Part shown: positions 18,400-27,669 of the stretch, in pieces | How the letters are laid out: the number at the start of each line of letters is the position of its first letter | Numbering within the stretch: position 1 is the first letter of the stretch | Assembly: GCA_009842675.1 (NCBI GenBank) | Contig: VYEX01000065.1 | Span: forward strand, 65,127 to 129,126 | Reading direction: 5' to 3' | Length of the DNA: 64,000 bases | Source: Acidimicrobiia bacterium | GTDB taxonomy: Bacteria; Actinomycetota; Acidimicrobiia; Acidimicrobiales; Bin134 | Position numbers and translations under genes: made by a program | Notes under the pieces: model-generated | Seen by the model: the letters and a program-made list of their open reading frames with translations, nothing else | Database searches by the model: none | Told to the model about the DNA's origin: nothing

Positions 18400-20462
18400 C
18401 CGTCGAACACCGCGTGGTGTTCACGCCCAGCGGCATCGTGGCAACCGTCCCGCAGGGGTCGGCCGTGCTGGACGCGGCCCGTGCCGCCGGAGTGGACATC
18501 GACTCGGTCTGCGGGGGCCGAGGGCTGTGCGGCCGCTGCCAGGTGGCCCCCAGCACCGGCCAGTTCGCCAAGTGGGGGCTGACCAGCACCGAGGACGCGC
18601 TGTCGGTTCCCGGCCCCACCGAGCTCGACTATCGGGGAAGGCGCCCATTGCAAGAAGGCCATCGGCTGAGCTGTCAGGCCGCCGTGCTGGGCGACGTGGT
18701 AATCGACGTCCCCGCCCAGAGCCAGGTCCACAGCCCGGTGGTGCGAAAGGCGGTCGACCTAGGTGAGATAACCGTCGACCCGGTGGTGACCTTGCACTAC
18801 TTGGAGATGGCTACCGCCGTGCTGGGCGACGAGATCTCCGATGCCGAGCGACTGGTCAGCGCATTGGCCAACGACTGGGACATTCCCAACGTGGAAGTTC
18901 CCGCAGGGGCGCTGCCTGCGTTGTCGGCGGCCATGGCTGAAGGGAAGGGCGCGGTGACCGCCGTGGTCCACACCCGGCGGCGGTACCCCGGCCAAAGCGA
19001 AGACGGAGAGGTGGTTGAGCGGCGAGTGCTCACCGTGCGGCCGGGCTATTCCGACGCGGAGTTCGGCGTGGCGGTGGATGTGGGCTCCACCACCGTGGCC
19101 GGCTACCTGCTGGATCTGGCCACCGGAGAGGTGGTTGCCACCGCAGGGCGCATGAACCCACAGATCCGATTCGGCGAGGATCTGATGAGCCGGGTGTCGT
19201 ATGCCATGTTGAACCCCGGCGGCACCGCCGAGCTGACCACGGCGGTGCGAACAGCCATCGACGAGGTGATCGGCGAACTCTGCGAAGCTGCGGGCATCTA
19301 CCGGGTCGACGTCTGCGACCTTGTGGTGGTGGGAAACCCGATCATGCACCACCTGGTGCTGGGCATCGACCCGACCCCACTGGGCGCCGCCCCGTTCACG
19401 CTGGCGGTCCGCGACGGAGTATGGGCCGACGCCGCCGACATCGACGTGGACCTGCCCGGCGCATCCCTCTATGTGGGGCCGTGCATCGCCGGCCACGTGG
19501 GGGCCGATGCGGCGGCCGCCATGCTGGCCGAGGGGCCGCACCGATCGCCCCAACCGCAGCTTCTGGTGGACGTGGGCACCAACGCGGAGATCGTGTTGGG
19601 CGACAACCAGAAAGTGTGGGCTGCATCGAGCCCCACCGGGCCCGCATTCGAAGGCGCCCAGATCAGCTGCGGGCAGCGGGCCACCGCCGGAGCAATCGAG
19701 GGGGTTCGGATCGACCCCGCCACGCTGGAACCCCGGTTCAAGGTGATCGGCTGCGATCTGTGGTCCGATAACCCCGGCTTTGAGGCCGCGTTGGGCTCGC
19801 TTGAGGTGTCCGGGCTGTGCGGTTCGGGGATCATCGAGGTGATCGCGGAGATGTTCCTGGTCGGAATCATCGATCACCGGGGTGTCATCGTCGGCGAGAT
19901 GGCCGAGCTCAGCCCCCGGATCATCGCCGATGGGCGGACTTTCTCCTATGTGCTTCAAACCCAGCCGGTTCCGCTGTTGGTGACCCAGAACGACGTGCGA
20001 GCAGTGCAGTTGGCCAAGGCGGCGTTGCGGGCCGGCATAGACCTGCTGGCCGAGCACGCCGGGATCGCCGACGTTGCTGACGTGCGGCTGGCCGGAGCCT
20101 TCGGCGCCCACATCAGCCCAGTTCATGCCATGGTGCTGGGCCTGGTGCCCGACGGGCCGGTAGAAGGAGTCAAAGGGGTGGGCAACGCCTCGGGAGCGGG
20201 CGCGGCCCGGATGCTGGTGTCGGGATCGCAGCGAGCCGAGGTCGAGCGCACCGCCCAAGAGGTGGTCAAGATCGAGACTGCCACCGAGGCCCGCTTCCAA
20301 GAGCTGTTCGTGGCCGCCATGTCGCTGCCCCATGAGACCGCCCCCACCCCCCACTTAGAGCAGGCGGTGGATTTGCCCCCGAGGTCGACAGCCGATAGCG
20401 AGACTGCCGGACCCAAGCGGCGACGGACGGGCCGTCAACGAAATCAGATGCAGGAGCAGTGA
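18396..20462 (+). CDS. Reductive activator of corrinoid proteins (2Fe-2S ferredoxin domain + ASKHA ATPase; RACo/RamA/AcsV-like)
   Basis: ATG 18396 overlaps the previous stop (ATGA). N-terminal plant-type ferredoxin motif CGGRGLCGRCQV...C, followed by a large ASKHA-type domain (VAVDVGSTTVAGYL, VDVGTNAEIVLG). Confidence 0.8.
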   Translation: MTVEHRVVFTPSGIVATVPQGSAVLDAARAAGVDIDSVCGGRGLCGRCQVAPSTGQFAKWGLTSTEDALSVPGPTELDYRGRRPLQEGHRLSCQAAVLGDVVIDVPAQSQVHSPVVRKAVDLGEITVDPVVTLHYLEMATAVLGDEISDAERLVSALANDWDIPNVEVPAGALPALSAAMAEGKGAVTAVVHTRRRYPGQSEDGEVVERRVLTVRPGYSDAEFGVAVDVGSTTVAGYLLDLATGEVVATAGRMNPQIRFGEDLMSRVSYAMLNPGGTAELTTAVRTAIDEVIGELCEAAGIYRVDVCDLVVVGNPIMHHLVLGIDPTPLGAAPFTLAVRDGVWADAADIDVDLPGASLYVGPCIAGHVGADAAAAMLAEGPHRSPQPQLLVDVGTNAEIVLGDNQKVWAASSPTGPAFEGAQISCGQRATAGAIEGVRIDPATLEPRFKVIGCDLWSDNPGFEAALGSLEVSGLCGSGIIEVIAEMFLVGIIDHRGVIVGEMAELSPRIIADGRTFSYVLQTQPVPLLVTQNDVRAVQLAKAALRAGIDLLAEHAGIADVADVRLAGAFGAHISPVHAMVLGLVPDGPVEGVKGVGNASGAGAARMLVSGSQRAEVERTAQEVVKIETATEARFQELFVAAMSLPHETAPTPHLEQAVDLPPRSTADSETAGPKRRRTGRQRNQMQEQ

Positions 20463-21997
20463 TGAGCGAGCGACAAGGCAGACGCGGCGGTGGACGGGCC
20501 GGTCGCCAGGCGGCCCGGGCAGCCAGCCAAGTATTGGCCGCCCCGGTGCTGGAACGGCGCCTGCCACCGGTGGAGATCATCGACGAGGCCGGGCTGGCCC
20601 AGATAGAGGAGAACGCCGAGACCATCCTGGCCGAGGTGGGCGTCGCCTTCCAGGACTACCCCGACGCGCTCGACCTGTGGCGGGATGCTGGTGCCGACGT
20701 GGACGGCCAGCTTGTGCGGTTCCCCCGGGGAATGTGCCGTCAGATCGTGACTGACAACGCCCCGGCCACCTACATCCAGCACGCCCGAAACCCTGAGCGC
20801 AGCGTGAGCATTGGGGACAACACCACCGTGTTCGTCCCCAACTACGGCTCGCCGTTTGTCACCGATCTGGATCAGGGCCGGCGCTACGCCACCCTGACCG
20901 ACTTCGAGAACGTGGTGAAGCTGGCCTACCGCCTCCCCCACCTGCACCACAGCGGGGGCACGGTGTGCGAACCGGTGGACGTGCCAGTGGAGGTGCGCCA
21001 CCTCGACATGGTGTATGCCCACCTCCGCTACAGCGACAAGCCCTTCATGGGCTCGGTGACCAGCGCAGCGCGGGCCGCCGACTCGGTGGAGCTGGCCCGC
21101 ATCGCCTTCGGCGGCGACCTAGCCGACCGCACGGTGATGACCTCGCTGATCAACGCCTCCTCCCCCATGCGGTGGGATGCCACCATGCTGGGGGCGGCCA
21201 CGGTGTACGCCCGGGCCAACCAGGCCAGCATCATCAGCCCGTTCATCCTGGCCGGGGCCATGTCGCCGGTGACGGTGGCCGGGCTGTGCGCCCAAGCCCT
21301 GGCCGAGGCGCTGTCGGGCATGGCCTACCTGCAACTGGTGCGCTCTGGCTCGCCCGTTATTTTCGGCACCTTCGCCTCATCCATGTCGATGGCCACCGGC
21401 GCCCCCACCTTCGGCACCCCCGAGGCCGCCCAGGCCATCTTTGTGATGGCCGCGCTGGCCCGGCGCTGCGGGGTGCCGTTCCGCTCCGGGGGCCAGCTCA
21501 CCGCCTCGAAGGCCCCCGACGCCCAGGCGGCCTACGAGTCGGCCCAGACTCTTTTGCCCACCGTGCAGGCTGGAGTCAACTTCGTGCTCCACGCCGCCGG
21601 GTGGCTGGAGGGGGGCCTGACCCTGGGCTACGAGAAGCTCATAATGGACGCCGACCAACTCGGCGCCATGGAGGTCCACGCCCGAGGGGTGGACCTGAGC
21701 GACAACGGTCAGGCCATGGAGGCGTTCCGCACCAACACCCATGGCGACCACTTCTTGGGCAACGCCCACACCCTGGCCAACTTCGAGACCGCCTTCTGGC
21801 GCTCGGAGATAGCCGACAACAACAGCTACGAGCAGTGGTCGGAGGAGGGCTCGCTCACCGCGGCCCAGCGGGCCAACACCCGCTGGAAAGAGCTGCTGGC
21901 CGACTACCAGCCGCCCCCCATCGACGACGCCATCGACGCCGAGCTGCAAGATTTCCTGGCCCGCCGCAAAGCCGAGATCCCCAACGAGCAAGGGTGA
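20459..21997 (+). CDS. MttB-superfamily methyltransferase, non-pyrrolysine type (quaternary amine:corrinoid methyltransferase, MtgB-like)
   Basis: 512 aa. Uninterrupted ORF with no in-frame TAG. MttB-family features along the whole length (N-terminal RRGGGR, ...SSPMRWD..., ISPFILAGAMSPVTVAG, FLGNAHT). The start overlaps the RACo stop. Confidence 0.87.
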   Translation: MMSERQGRRGGGRAGRQAARAASQVLAAPVLERRLPPVEIIDEAGLAQIEENAETILAEVGVAFQDYPDALDLWRDAGADVDGQLVRFPRGMCRQIVTDNAPATYIQHARNPERSVSIGDNTTVFVPNYGSPFVTDLDQGRRYATLTDFENVVKLAYRLPHLHHSGGTVCEPVDVPVEVRHLDMVYAHLRYSDKPFMGSVTSAARAADSVELARIAFGGDLADRTVMTSLINASSPMRWDATMLGAATVYARANQASIISPFILAGAMSPVTVAGLCAQALAEALSGMAYLQLVRSGSPVIFGTFASSMSMATGAPTFGTPEAAQAIFVMAALARRCGVPFRSGGQLTASKAPDAQAAYESAQTLLPTVQAGVNFVLHAAGWLEGGLTLGYEKLIMDADQLGAMEVHARGVDLSDNGQAMEAFRTNTHGDHFLGNAHTLANFETAFWRSEIADNNSYEQWSEEGSLTAAQRANTRWKELLADYQPPPIDDAIDAELQDFLARRKAEIPNEQG

Positions 21998-22017
21998 CCC
22001 GACCCGAGGAGCAGACC

Positions 22018-22464
22018 ATGGCCGAGTCGTTGAGTGGGCGGTGTATGTGCGGGGCTGTGAGGTATGTGATCGACGGGCCGGTCCGGGACGTGTGGAACTG
22101 CCACTGCGTTCGGTGTCGGCGCTGGACCGGGCACTTCACCGCGGCCGCCGGCTGCCGCCGCGACCACCTTCGCCTGATCGCCGACGACACCCTGGAGTGG
22201 TACCACCCTGAAGAATGGCCCGATGTGGCCTATGGCTTCTGCCGGCGGTGCGGAAGTTCGTTGTTCTGGAAAGTAATCGCCGTGCCGCCGGGAGAGTCGG
22301 AGCAGAAATTGGACGCCATTGCGATCTGGGCCGGGACTCTCGATCCCCCCACCGGGCTGTCGACTGAGTTGGCCATCTACGCCGATGACGCCTCCGACTA
22401 CCACACCCTCGACACCAACATCGAGACCCACCCCCGCGACCCACAAGAAATACTTGAGATTTAG
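22018..22464 (+). CDS. GFA/CENP-V family zinc protein (glutathione-dependent formaldehyde-activating enzyme-like)
   Basis: 148 aa. Cys motifs CMCGAV...CHCVRCRR...CRRCGSSLF. ATG 22018 preceded by the GAGGAG RBS. Confidence 0.75.
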   Translation: MAESLSGRCMCGAVRYVIDGPVRDVWNCHCVRCRRWTGHFTAAAGCRRDHLRLIADDTLEWYHPEEWPDVAYGFCRRCGSSLFWKVIAVPPGESEQKLDAIAIWAGTLDPPTGLSTELAIYADDASDYHTLDTNIETHPRDPQEILEI

Positions 22465-22465
22465 C

Positions 22466-22482
22466 GTTCCGTATCGTGGAAC
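22466..22482. promoter_or_regulatory. 17-bp palindrome GTTCCGTATCGTGGAAC (arms extend to AGCGTTCC/GGAACGCT), upstream of the IclR gene
   Basis: Lies immediately after the GFA stop and 29 nt before the IclR ATG. Same motif class as 15747-15781 and 27670-27704. It could alternatively act as an operon-terminating hairpin. Confidence 0.55.
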
Positions 22483-22510
22483 GCTTCCGGTGCGGGGGTA
22501 GTGTGAGGCA

Positions 22511-23254
22511 ATGGCGGTGCAGTCGGTCGAGCGGGCGTTCCTGCTGCTGCGAGCCCTGGCCCAGGGGCCGTTGGGGGTAACCGAGCTCGCCGACCAGGTG
22601 GAGCTGCCCAAGAGCACGGTGGCCCGGTTGCTGTCAGCGCTCGAAGCTGAGAACGCAGTGGAACAAGTCGAGGCTGGCGGGGCCTACCGCGTGGGACCTG
22701 GTCTGATCGACATTGCCGGCGCAGTGCCCGCGGGCCGCAACCTCATCACCGCCGCTCGCCCCCATCTATTGGAGTTGACCGAAGCGACGGGGGAAGCGGC
22801 CGGCCTGTCGATCATCGACAACGGCCGGGCCTACTACCTGGATCAAACCCAGATCTCCTCCGACATCCAAATCCGGGACTGGACCGGCGAGCACACCCCG
22901 ATTCATGTTGTGGCCGCGGGGCTGGTCATGCTGGCCCACCTCCCCGCCGATCAGCAGGATGAAATCCTCGACCAACCGCTCGAGGTCTGCACCCAGTGGA
23001 CAGTTGTCGACCCCGGCGAGATACGGGATCGCCTGACCCAGATCCGCAGTCTGGGATATGCCTGGGTCTACGAGGAGTTCGTTGAGGATTTGAATTCAGT
23101 GGCTGCTCCCGTGCTCAGCACCGACGGTCAACCGCTAGCCGCCCTCCATGTCCACGGACCGGCCTTCCGCTTTCCCGATCCCGACCTGGCCCACGACCAC
23201 GGCCTCGCTGTGGTGGCTGCGGCCAACCGCCTCGCCGCCCAACTCTCCGCCTGA
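22511..23254 (+). CDS. IclR family transcriptional regulator
   Basis: 247 aa. N-terminal winged HTH (SVERAFLLLRALAQGPLGVTELADQVELPKSTVARLLSALE) and a C-terminal IclR effector domain. Confidence 0.87.
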   Translation: MAVQSVERAFLLLRALAQGPLGVTELADQVELPKSTVARLLSALEAENAVEQVEAGGAYRVGPGLIDIAGAVPAGRNLITAARPHLLELTEATGEAAGLSIIDNGRAYYLDQTQISSDIQIRDWTGEHTPIHVVAAGLVMLAHLPADQQDEILDQPLEVCTQWTVVDPGEIRDRLTQIRSLGYAWVYEEFVEDLNSVAAPVLSTDGQPLAALHVHGPAFRFPDPDLAHDHGLAVVAAANRLAAQLSA

Positions 23255-23262
23255 CTGCCATA

Positions 23263-23324
23263 CTCAACAACAAGTGTTGCTGAGCTAACCGGCAGGCCGC
23301 GATCAAGCTCGGCGGCGCTTGATC
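23263..23324. terminator. Two hairpins between the convergent iclR and etfA genes
   Basis: Hairpin 1 is CTCAACAAC-aagt-GTTGCTGAG (23263-23284, one mismatch). Hairpin 2 is GATCAAGC-N8-GCTTGATC (23301-23324, overlapping the etfA stop). No U-tract, so these are only weak intrinsic-terminator candidates. Confidence 0.3.
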
Positions 23325-24283
23325 TCCTCGGCGATGGCGGGTATGACCTCGTGGAGGTCGGCGATGACGGCCCAGTCGGCTTTGACCACCATGTTGGCTT
23401 CGGGATCGATGTTGATGGCCAGGATGTGCTTGCTGGCCTTGGCCCCCACCCAGTGCTGGATGGCGCCGGAGATGCCCGAAGCGATGTAGATCTCGGGGGT
23501 GATGCGGGTGCCGGTTTGGCCCACCTGATCGGAGTGGGGCCGCCAGCCGTTGTTGGTCACTGCTCGGCTGCATCCCACCCGGCCGCCCAGCATGGCGGCC
23601 AGATCCTCCAGCGGGGCGAACGCCTCGGCCGATCCCACACCCCGGCCGCCGCCGATCACCACCGGTGCGGTCGACAGGGTGACCCCGGCTTCGAGCACCA
23701 CCCGGTCTTTGACCATGGTGCGGGCCAGCGACGGGTCCAGGTCGACCTCCACTGACTCCGTGGCAGGCTCAACCGCCTCCTCGGCCCGTTCGGCAGCCAC
23801 AGTGTGCAGGCCGGTGGTCAACAGCGGCCGCTCGGAATTCAACAGGGCATCCTCTAGCAGCGAACCGCCCCACTGCTGGCGAGTCATGGTCCACTCCCCT
23901 GCCCCGCTGTCGGCTTGGACGTCGATGCAGTTGGCCACCATCGGCAAGTCCAGGCGGGCGGCTATCTGGGCCATGATCTCGTTACCCCGCTCGCTGCCCC
24001 CGGCCAGCACCGCGCCCGGTTCCAGCCGTCGGATCAATTGGGCCGCCGCCTCCCCCCACGCCTCGGGACCGAAGTCGGCCAGCACGTCGCTGACCACGGT
24101 GTACACCGCCTGCGCGCCGAAGGCTCCGGCTTCGGCCACCAGATCGGCGTCGTCGGCGCCGATCAGCGCAGCATGCAGCGGCGCTCCCATCTGAGCGGCC
24201 AGACCGCGCCCGAAGTTCAGCGCCTCCCGGGCAGCCTCGTCCATTGCTCCCCGGTCGTGCTCCAACACCACGAGCAGCATCAC
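23303..24283 (-). CDS. etfA: Electron transfer flavoprotein alpha subunit
   Basis: 326 aa. C-terminal FAD-binding signature PEIYIASGISGAIQHWVG. Confidence 0.92.
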   Translation of the reverse strand: MMLLVVLEHDRGAMDEAAREALNFGRGLAAQMGAPLHAALIGADDADLVAEAGAFGAQAVYTVVSDVLADFGPEAWGEAAAQLIRRLEPGAVLAGGSERGNEIMAQIAARLDLPMVANCIDVQADSGAGEWTMTRQQWGGSLLEDALLNSERPLLTTGLHTVAAERAEEAVEPATESVEVDLDPSLARTMVKDRVVLEAGVTLSTAPVVIGGGRGVGSAEAFAPLEDLAAMLGGRVGCSRAVTNNGWRPHSDQVGQTGTRITPEIYIASGISGAIQHWVGAKASKHILAINIDPEANMVVKADWAVIADLHEVIPAIAEEIKRRRA

Positions 24284-25056
24284 AGCACTCCCAGCTCTTC
24301 GAGCACGTCCACCACTGCGGCGGCGGCCTCGGGGCTGTTGCCCAGAATCTCAGTCTCGGTAACAGTCTCCCGAGGACGGTGCAGCCGTACCAGTGACTGC
24401 CCGCCGGGTTCAGCGTCGGAGTTCAGCTCGGCGATCTCCAACTTCTTGGACGCCAGTCGCCCTCGCATGGTCGGGTACCGGGGCAGGTTGATGCCCTCTT
24501 TGACCCCGACGGCTGCGGGCATAGGCAGCTCGTACACCTCGAATCCGCCGTCGATCTCCCGGCGGGCCCGAACAACACCGCCGCCGTTCTCAAGGTCCAC
24601 CTCGATGCCCTTGATGCCGTTGACGATGGGACGGCCCAGGGCGTAGGCCACCCTCACCCCCACCTGGAAGCCCCCCGAGTCGGCCGACTCGTTGCCGAAC
24701 ACCAGCAGGTCGAAGGGACCGTCGGCGGCCTCCAACTCCAGGATGGCCTCGGTGAGCGCGGCTGCGGTGCGCTGGGGGTCCCAGGCCGAGCCGTCGGTGG
24801 CCACCAGCACGCCGTGGTGGGCCCCTACCGAAGCGGCATAGCGCAGCTGCTCGGCCGCTTCCGCGGGACCGAGTGTTAGCACCGTCACTTCGCCGCCGTG
24901 GCGCTCGGTGAGTTGCACCGCCTCCTCCACCCCGCACTCCTCATGCGGGCTGGTGGCGAACCCCAAGTGGGAGGCGTCCACCGCCAGGCCGTCGGCGGTC
25001 ACGTTGATCTTGGCCCCCGGCGCCGCCACTCGCTTCACGCAGCACAAGATCCTCAC
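24280..25056 (-). CDS. etfB: Electron transfer flavoprotein beta subunit
   Basis: 258 aa. MRILCCVKRV...NPHEE-like start. 4-nt overlap with etfA. Confidence 0.92.
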   Translation of the reverse strand: MRILCCVKRVAAPGAKINVTADGLAVDASHLGFATSPHEECGVEEAVQLTERHGGEVTVLTLGPAEAAEQLRYAASVGAHHGVLVATDGSAWDPQRTAAALTEAILELEAADGPFDLLVFGNESADSGGFQVGVRVAYALGRPIVNGIKGIEVDLENGGGVVRARREIDGGFEVYELPMPAAVGVKEGINLPRYPTMRGRLASKKLEIAELNSDAEPGGQSLVRLHRPRETVTETEILGNSPEAAAAVVDVLEELGVL

Positions 25057-25067
25057 GGCGAGTCCCC

Positions 25068-27599
25068 CTAGCTCCGCAAGCGGGTGTCGTCGGGATCGAA
25101 CACCGCGCCGGTGCCGGCCACCTTCACCGGGAACAGCTCGTTCATGTACATCACCTGGAGGTCAGTGCCCGGCTGGGCCAGCTCGGCGGGCAGATAGGCC
25201 ATGAGCAAGTGCCTGTCCACCGACGGTCCCGGTCCCGCGGTGGTCACCCGCGACACCCGCCCGTGGGAGTCGGTGATCCGCTGGCCGTCCTGGGTCAGGA
25301 TCGGCTCGTTGCCCCCCTGCATGTATCGCTTGCGGCCCTGGCTGTCGGTCAGGTCCTCCACGGTGAGCACGCACATCGACACCTCGGGGTCACCCATCTC
25401 CCGGGCGGCCTGGTAGGGCTCCTTGCCGATGAACGGCGCGGCCTTCACCTTGGGCCGGGCCAGGCCGGCCTCCAACGGGTTGTACTCGCTCTCCAACTCG
25501 GCCCCCATGAGCCGATAGCCCTTCTCGAGGCGTCCCGACGTGCCGTACACCCCGCCGCCGGTGGGGCGCAGCCCGTAGTCGGCGCCCACCGCCATGAGGG
25601 CATCCCACAGCACCGGGCCGTCGTCCCAGGCGGCGTAGATCTCCCAGCCGGTGTCGCCCACATAGGAGATACGGAACAGCACGGCCTCAATGGTGCGGCC
25701 CCCGCAGTTCAGCTCCACGTCCACCAGCGAGCCGTAGGGCGACCCGGCCTGGCTGAGGTCTTGGCTGGTCAGCGCTCCGATCACGTGGGGAGCGTTGGGC
25801 CCCCACACCCCGAGGGTGGTGATCTGGTCGGTGATGTTGGCGAAGCTCACCGAGCCGTCGACAGGCATATGGCGGCGGGCCCAGAACTCGTCTCGGCCGC
25901 CGTCGAACACGCCGGTCACGATGCGCACCCGCTCCTCACCCATCCGCATCATGGTCAGATCGGAGTGGAACCCGCCGTCGGGGGTCAGCCACGGGGTGTA
26001 GATGGAGCGGCCCACCGGCACGTCCACCTTGTTGACCGCCAGATAGTCGGCGTAGGCCACCGCGCCGGGCCCGGTCAGCTCGAAGACCTGGAAGGCGCTC
26101 AGGTCGACCATCCCGCAGTTCTCCCGCAGGTTGAGGTGCTCGGCCACGGTGATCGGGCTCCACCACCGGGCGTCCCACTCCACCTCCCGGCCTTCCACCT
26201 CGTAGCGGTCCACCAGGTCGGCGTTGGACTCGAACCACTGGGGCCGCTCCCAGGTGCGGGCCTGGAAGAAATCCGCCCCCAGGTCCTGCTGGCGGGAGAA
26301 GTAGGGGCTCACCCGCAGGTTGCGCCGGCTCTCCCACTGCTCCTGGGGGTGGACGATGCCGTAGGTCTTGTTGAAGTGCTCCGCGGAGCGGGCCCAGATG
26401 TGGTCGTCGCCCCGCTCCTCGGGATAGAAGCGGGACACATCGGCACCGTGGACATCGATCACCCGGGGATAGCCGAAGGTCATCCACTCGGCCACCACCT
26501 GGGCCATGCCCGGCCCCTCCTTGACCCAGATGGCCGCGGCCGACCACAGGTTGCGGACCTCGGGCAGCTCTCCCAGACACGGCATGGCATCGGGAGTGAG
26601 CGACAGCAGGCCGTTGATGGCGTACTTGATCTCGGCGTCGCCCAGCATGTCCATCAGTTCGATGGCCTGCTCCATTTGCTCGTCGAAGTCGTCGGGAGTG
26701 AAGGGCATCTCGGTGGGCGACAGGGCGGATTCCTCGTTGGAGGGAATGTCGTCGGGGTGGTGGAAGATGGGCCGGTGGGCGTACGATCCCACCTCCATCG
26801 ACCCGGCCGACTGGCGCTCGTAGCAGAAGGTGTCCATGTCCCGCACGATGGGATAGCCGATCTCATTGTTGGTCTCGGCCAGGATGTCAAGGGGGCCGAC
26901 GTCCGCCATCTGGTGTACGGCGGGCACCAGCGGGATGTAGGCGTCGGCCATGTTGGCCACCCGGTTCGACCACACTCCGCAGGCGATCACCACGTACTCG
27001 GTCTCGATGGTGCCCTTGTCGGTGACCACCGCCTTGACCGTGCGGTCGCCGGGGTTGGGGCCGTCCTCGGTGATGATGTCGAGCACCTCGGTGTTGGCCG
27101 CCACATGGCAGCCCCCGTTCACCGCCACGTTGCGCATCTGGGTGCCGGTCTCCAGCGAATCCACCACTGAGACCGTGGGGCAGTAGAAGCCCTCCAACAC
27201 GATGTCTGTGTTGACGAACGGCACCAACTCCTTGACCTCATCGGGGGTCAGCAGGTGGGCCTCGATGCCCCAGGCGGTGGCCGAGGTCATGCGCCGCTTG
27301 AGCTCGTCCACCCGCTCTTGAGTGCGGGCCACTTCGATGCCGCCGGAGTCCACCGACAGGCCCAGGTCGCGGTATTGGTTGGCGCTCTGCTCCCCCAGCA
27401 GGCACATCTCCTTGTTGTGGTCCACCGGGAAGATGAAGTTTGAGGCGTGGCCGGTGGAACCGCCGGGGTTGGGCAACGGGCCCTTGTCCAGCAGCACCAA
27501 GTCGGTCCAGCCCAGCTTGGTCAGGTGTCCGACCAGGCAATTGCCCACGATTCCCGCACCGATGACCACGCACTTGGCCTTTTCGGGGACATCAGCCAT
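25068..27599 (-). CDS. FAD-dependent N-methyl amino acid oxidoreductase with C-terminal GcvT-like folate-binding domain (dimethylglycine oxidase/dehydrogenase family)
   Basis: 843 aa. N-terminal GAGIVG dinucleotide fold. Flavinylation-region motif GGSTGHASNF resembles Arthrobacter DMGO more than the TWHAAG type. Aminomethyltransferase-like C-terminal half. Confidence 0.85.
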   Translation of the reverse strand: MADVPEKAKCVVIGAGIVGNCLVGHLTKLGWTDLVLLDKGPLPNPGGSTGHASNFIFPVDHNKEMCLLGEQSANQYRDLGLSVDSGGIEVARTQERVDELKRRMTSATAWGIEAHLLTPDEVKELVPFVNTDIVLEGFYCPTVSVVDSLETGTQMRNVAVNGGCHVAANTEVLDIITEDGPNPGDRTVKAVVTDKGTIETEYVVIACGVWSNRVANMADAYIPLVPAVHQMADVGPLDILAETNNEIGYPIVRDMDTFCYERQSAGSMEVGSYAHRPIFHHPDDIPSNEESALSPTEMPFTPDDFDEQMEQAIELMDMLGDAEIKYAINGLLSLTPDAMPCLGELPEVRNLWSAAAIWVKEGPGMAQVVAEWMTFGYPRVIDVHGADVSRFYPEERGDDHIWARSAEHFNKTYGIVHPQEQWESRRNLRVSPYFSRQQDLGADFFQARTWERPQWFESNADLVDRYEVEGREVEWDARWWSPITVAEHLNLRENCGMVDLSAFQVFELTGPGAVAYADYLAVNKVDVPVGRSIYTPWLTPDGGFHSDLTMMRMGEERVRIVTGVFDGGRDEFWARRHMPVDGSVSFANITDQITTLGVWGPNAPHVIGALTSQDLSQAGSPYGSLVDVELNCGGRTIEAVLFRISYVGDTGWEIYAAWDDGPVLWDALMAVGADYGLRPTGGGVYGTSGRLEKGYRLMGAELESEYNPLEAGLARPKVKAAPFIGKEPYQAAREMGDPEVSMCVLTVEDLTDSQGRKRYMQGGNEPILTQDGQRITDSHGRVSRVTTAGPGPSVDRHLLMAYLPAELAQPGTDLQVMYMNELFPVKVAGTGAVFDPDDTRLRS

Positions 27600-27669
27600 G
27601 TCCTGCCTCCGTCATAATGCCCAACTCGCTTCCTCAACAGGTCGTGCTGCCTGCAAGTATTGCACTTCT

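Noticed and set aside
20459-21997. Pyrrolysine (in-frame UAG) decoding in the MttB-family genes. This also applies to 48161-49690.
   Set aside because: Both genes are uninterrupted full-length ORFs with no internal TAG, and no pylSBCD/pylT genes are visible in the window. They are non-pyrrolysine MttB homologs.
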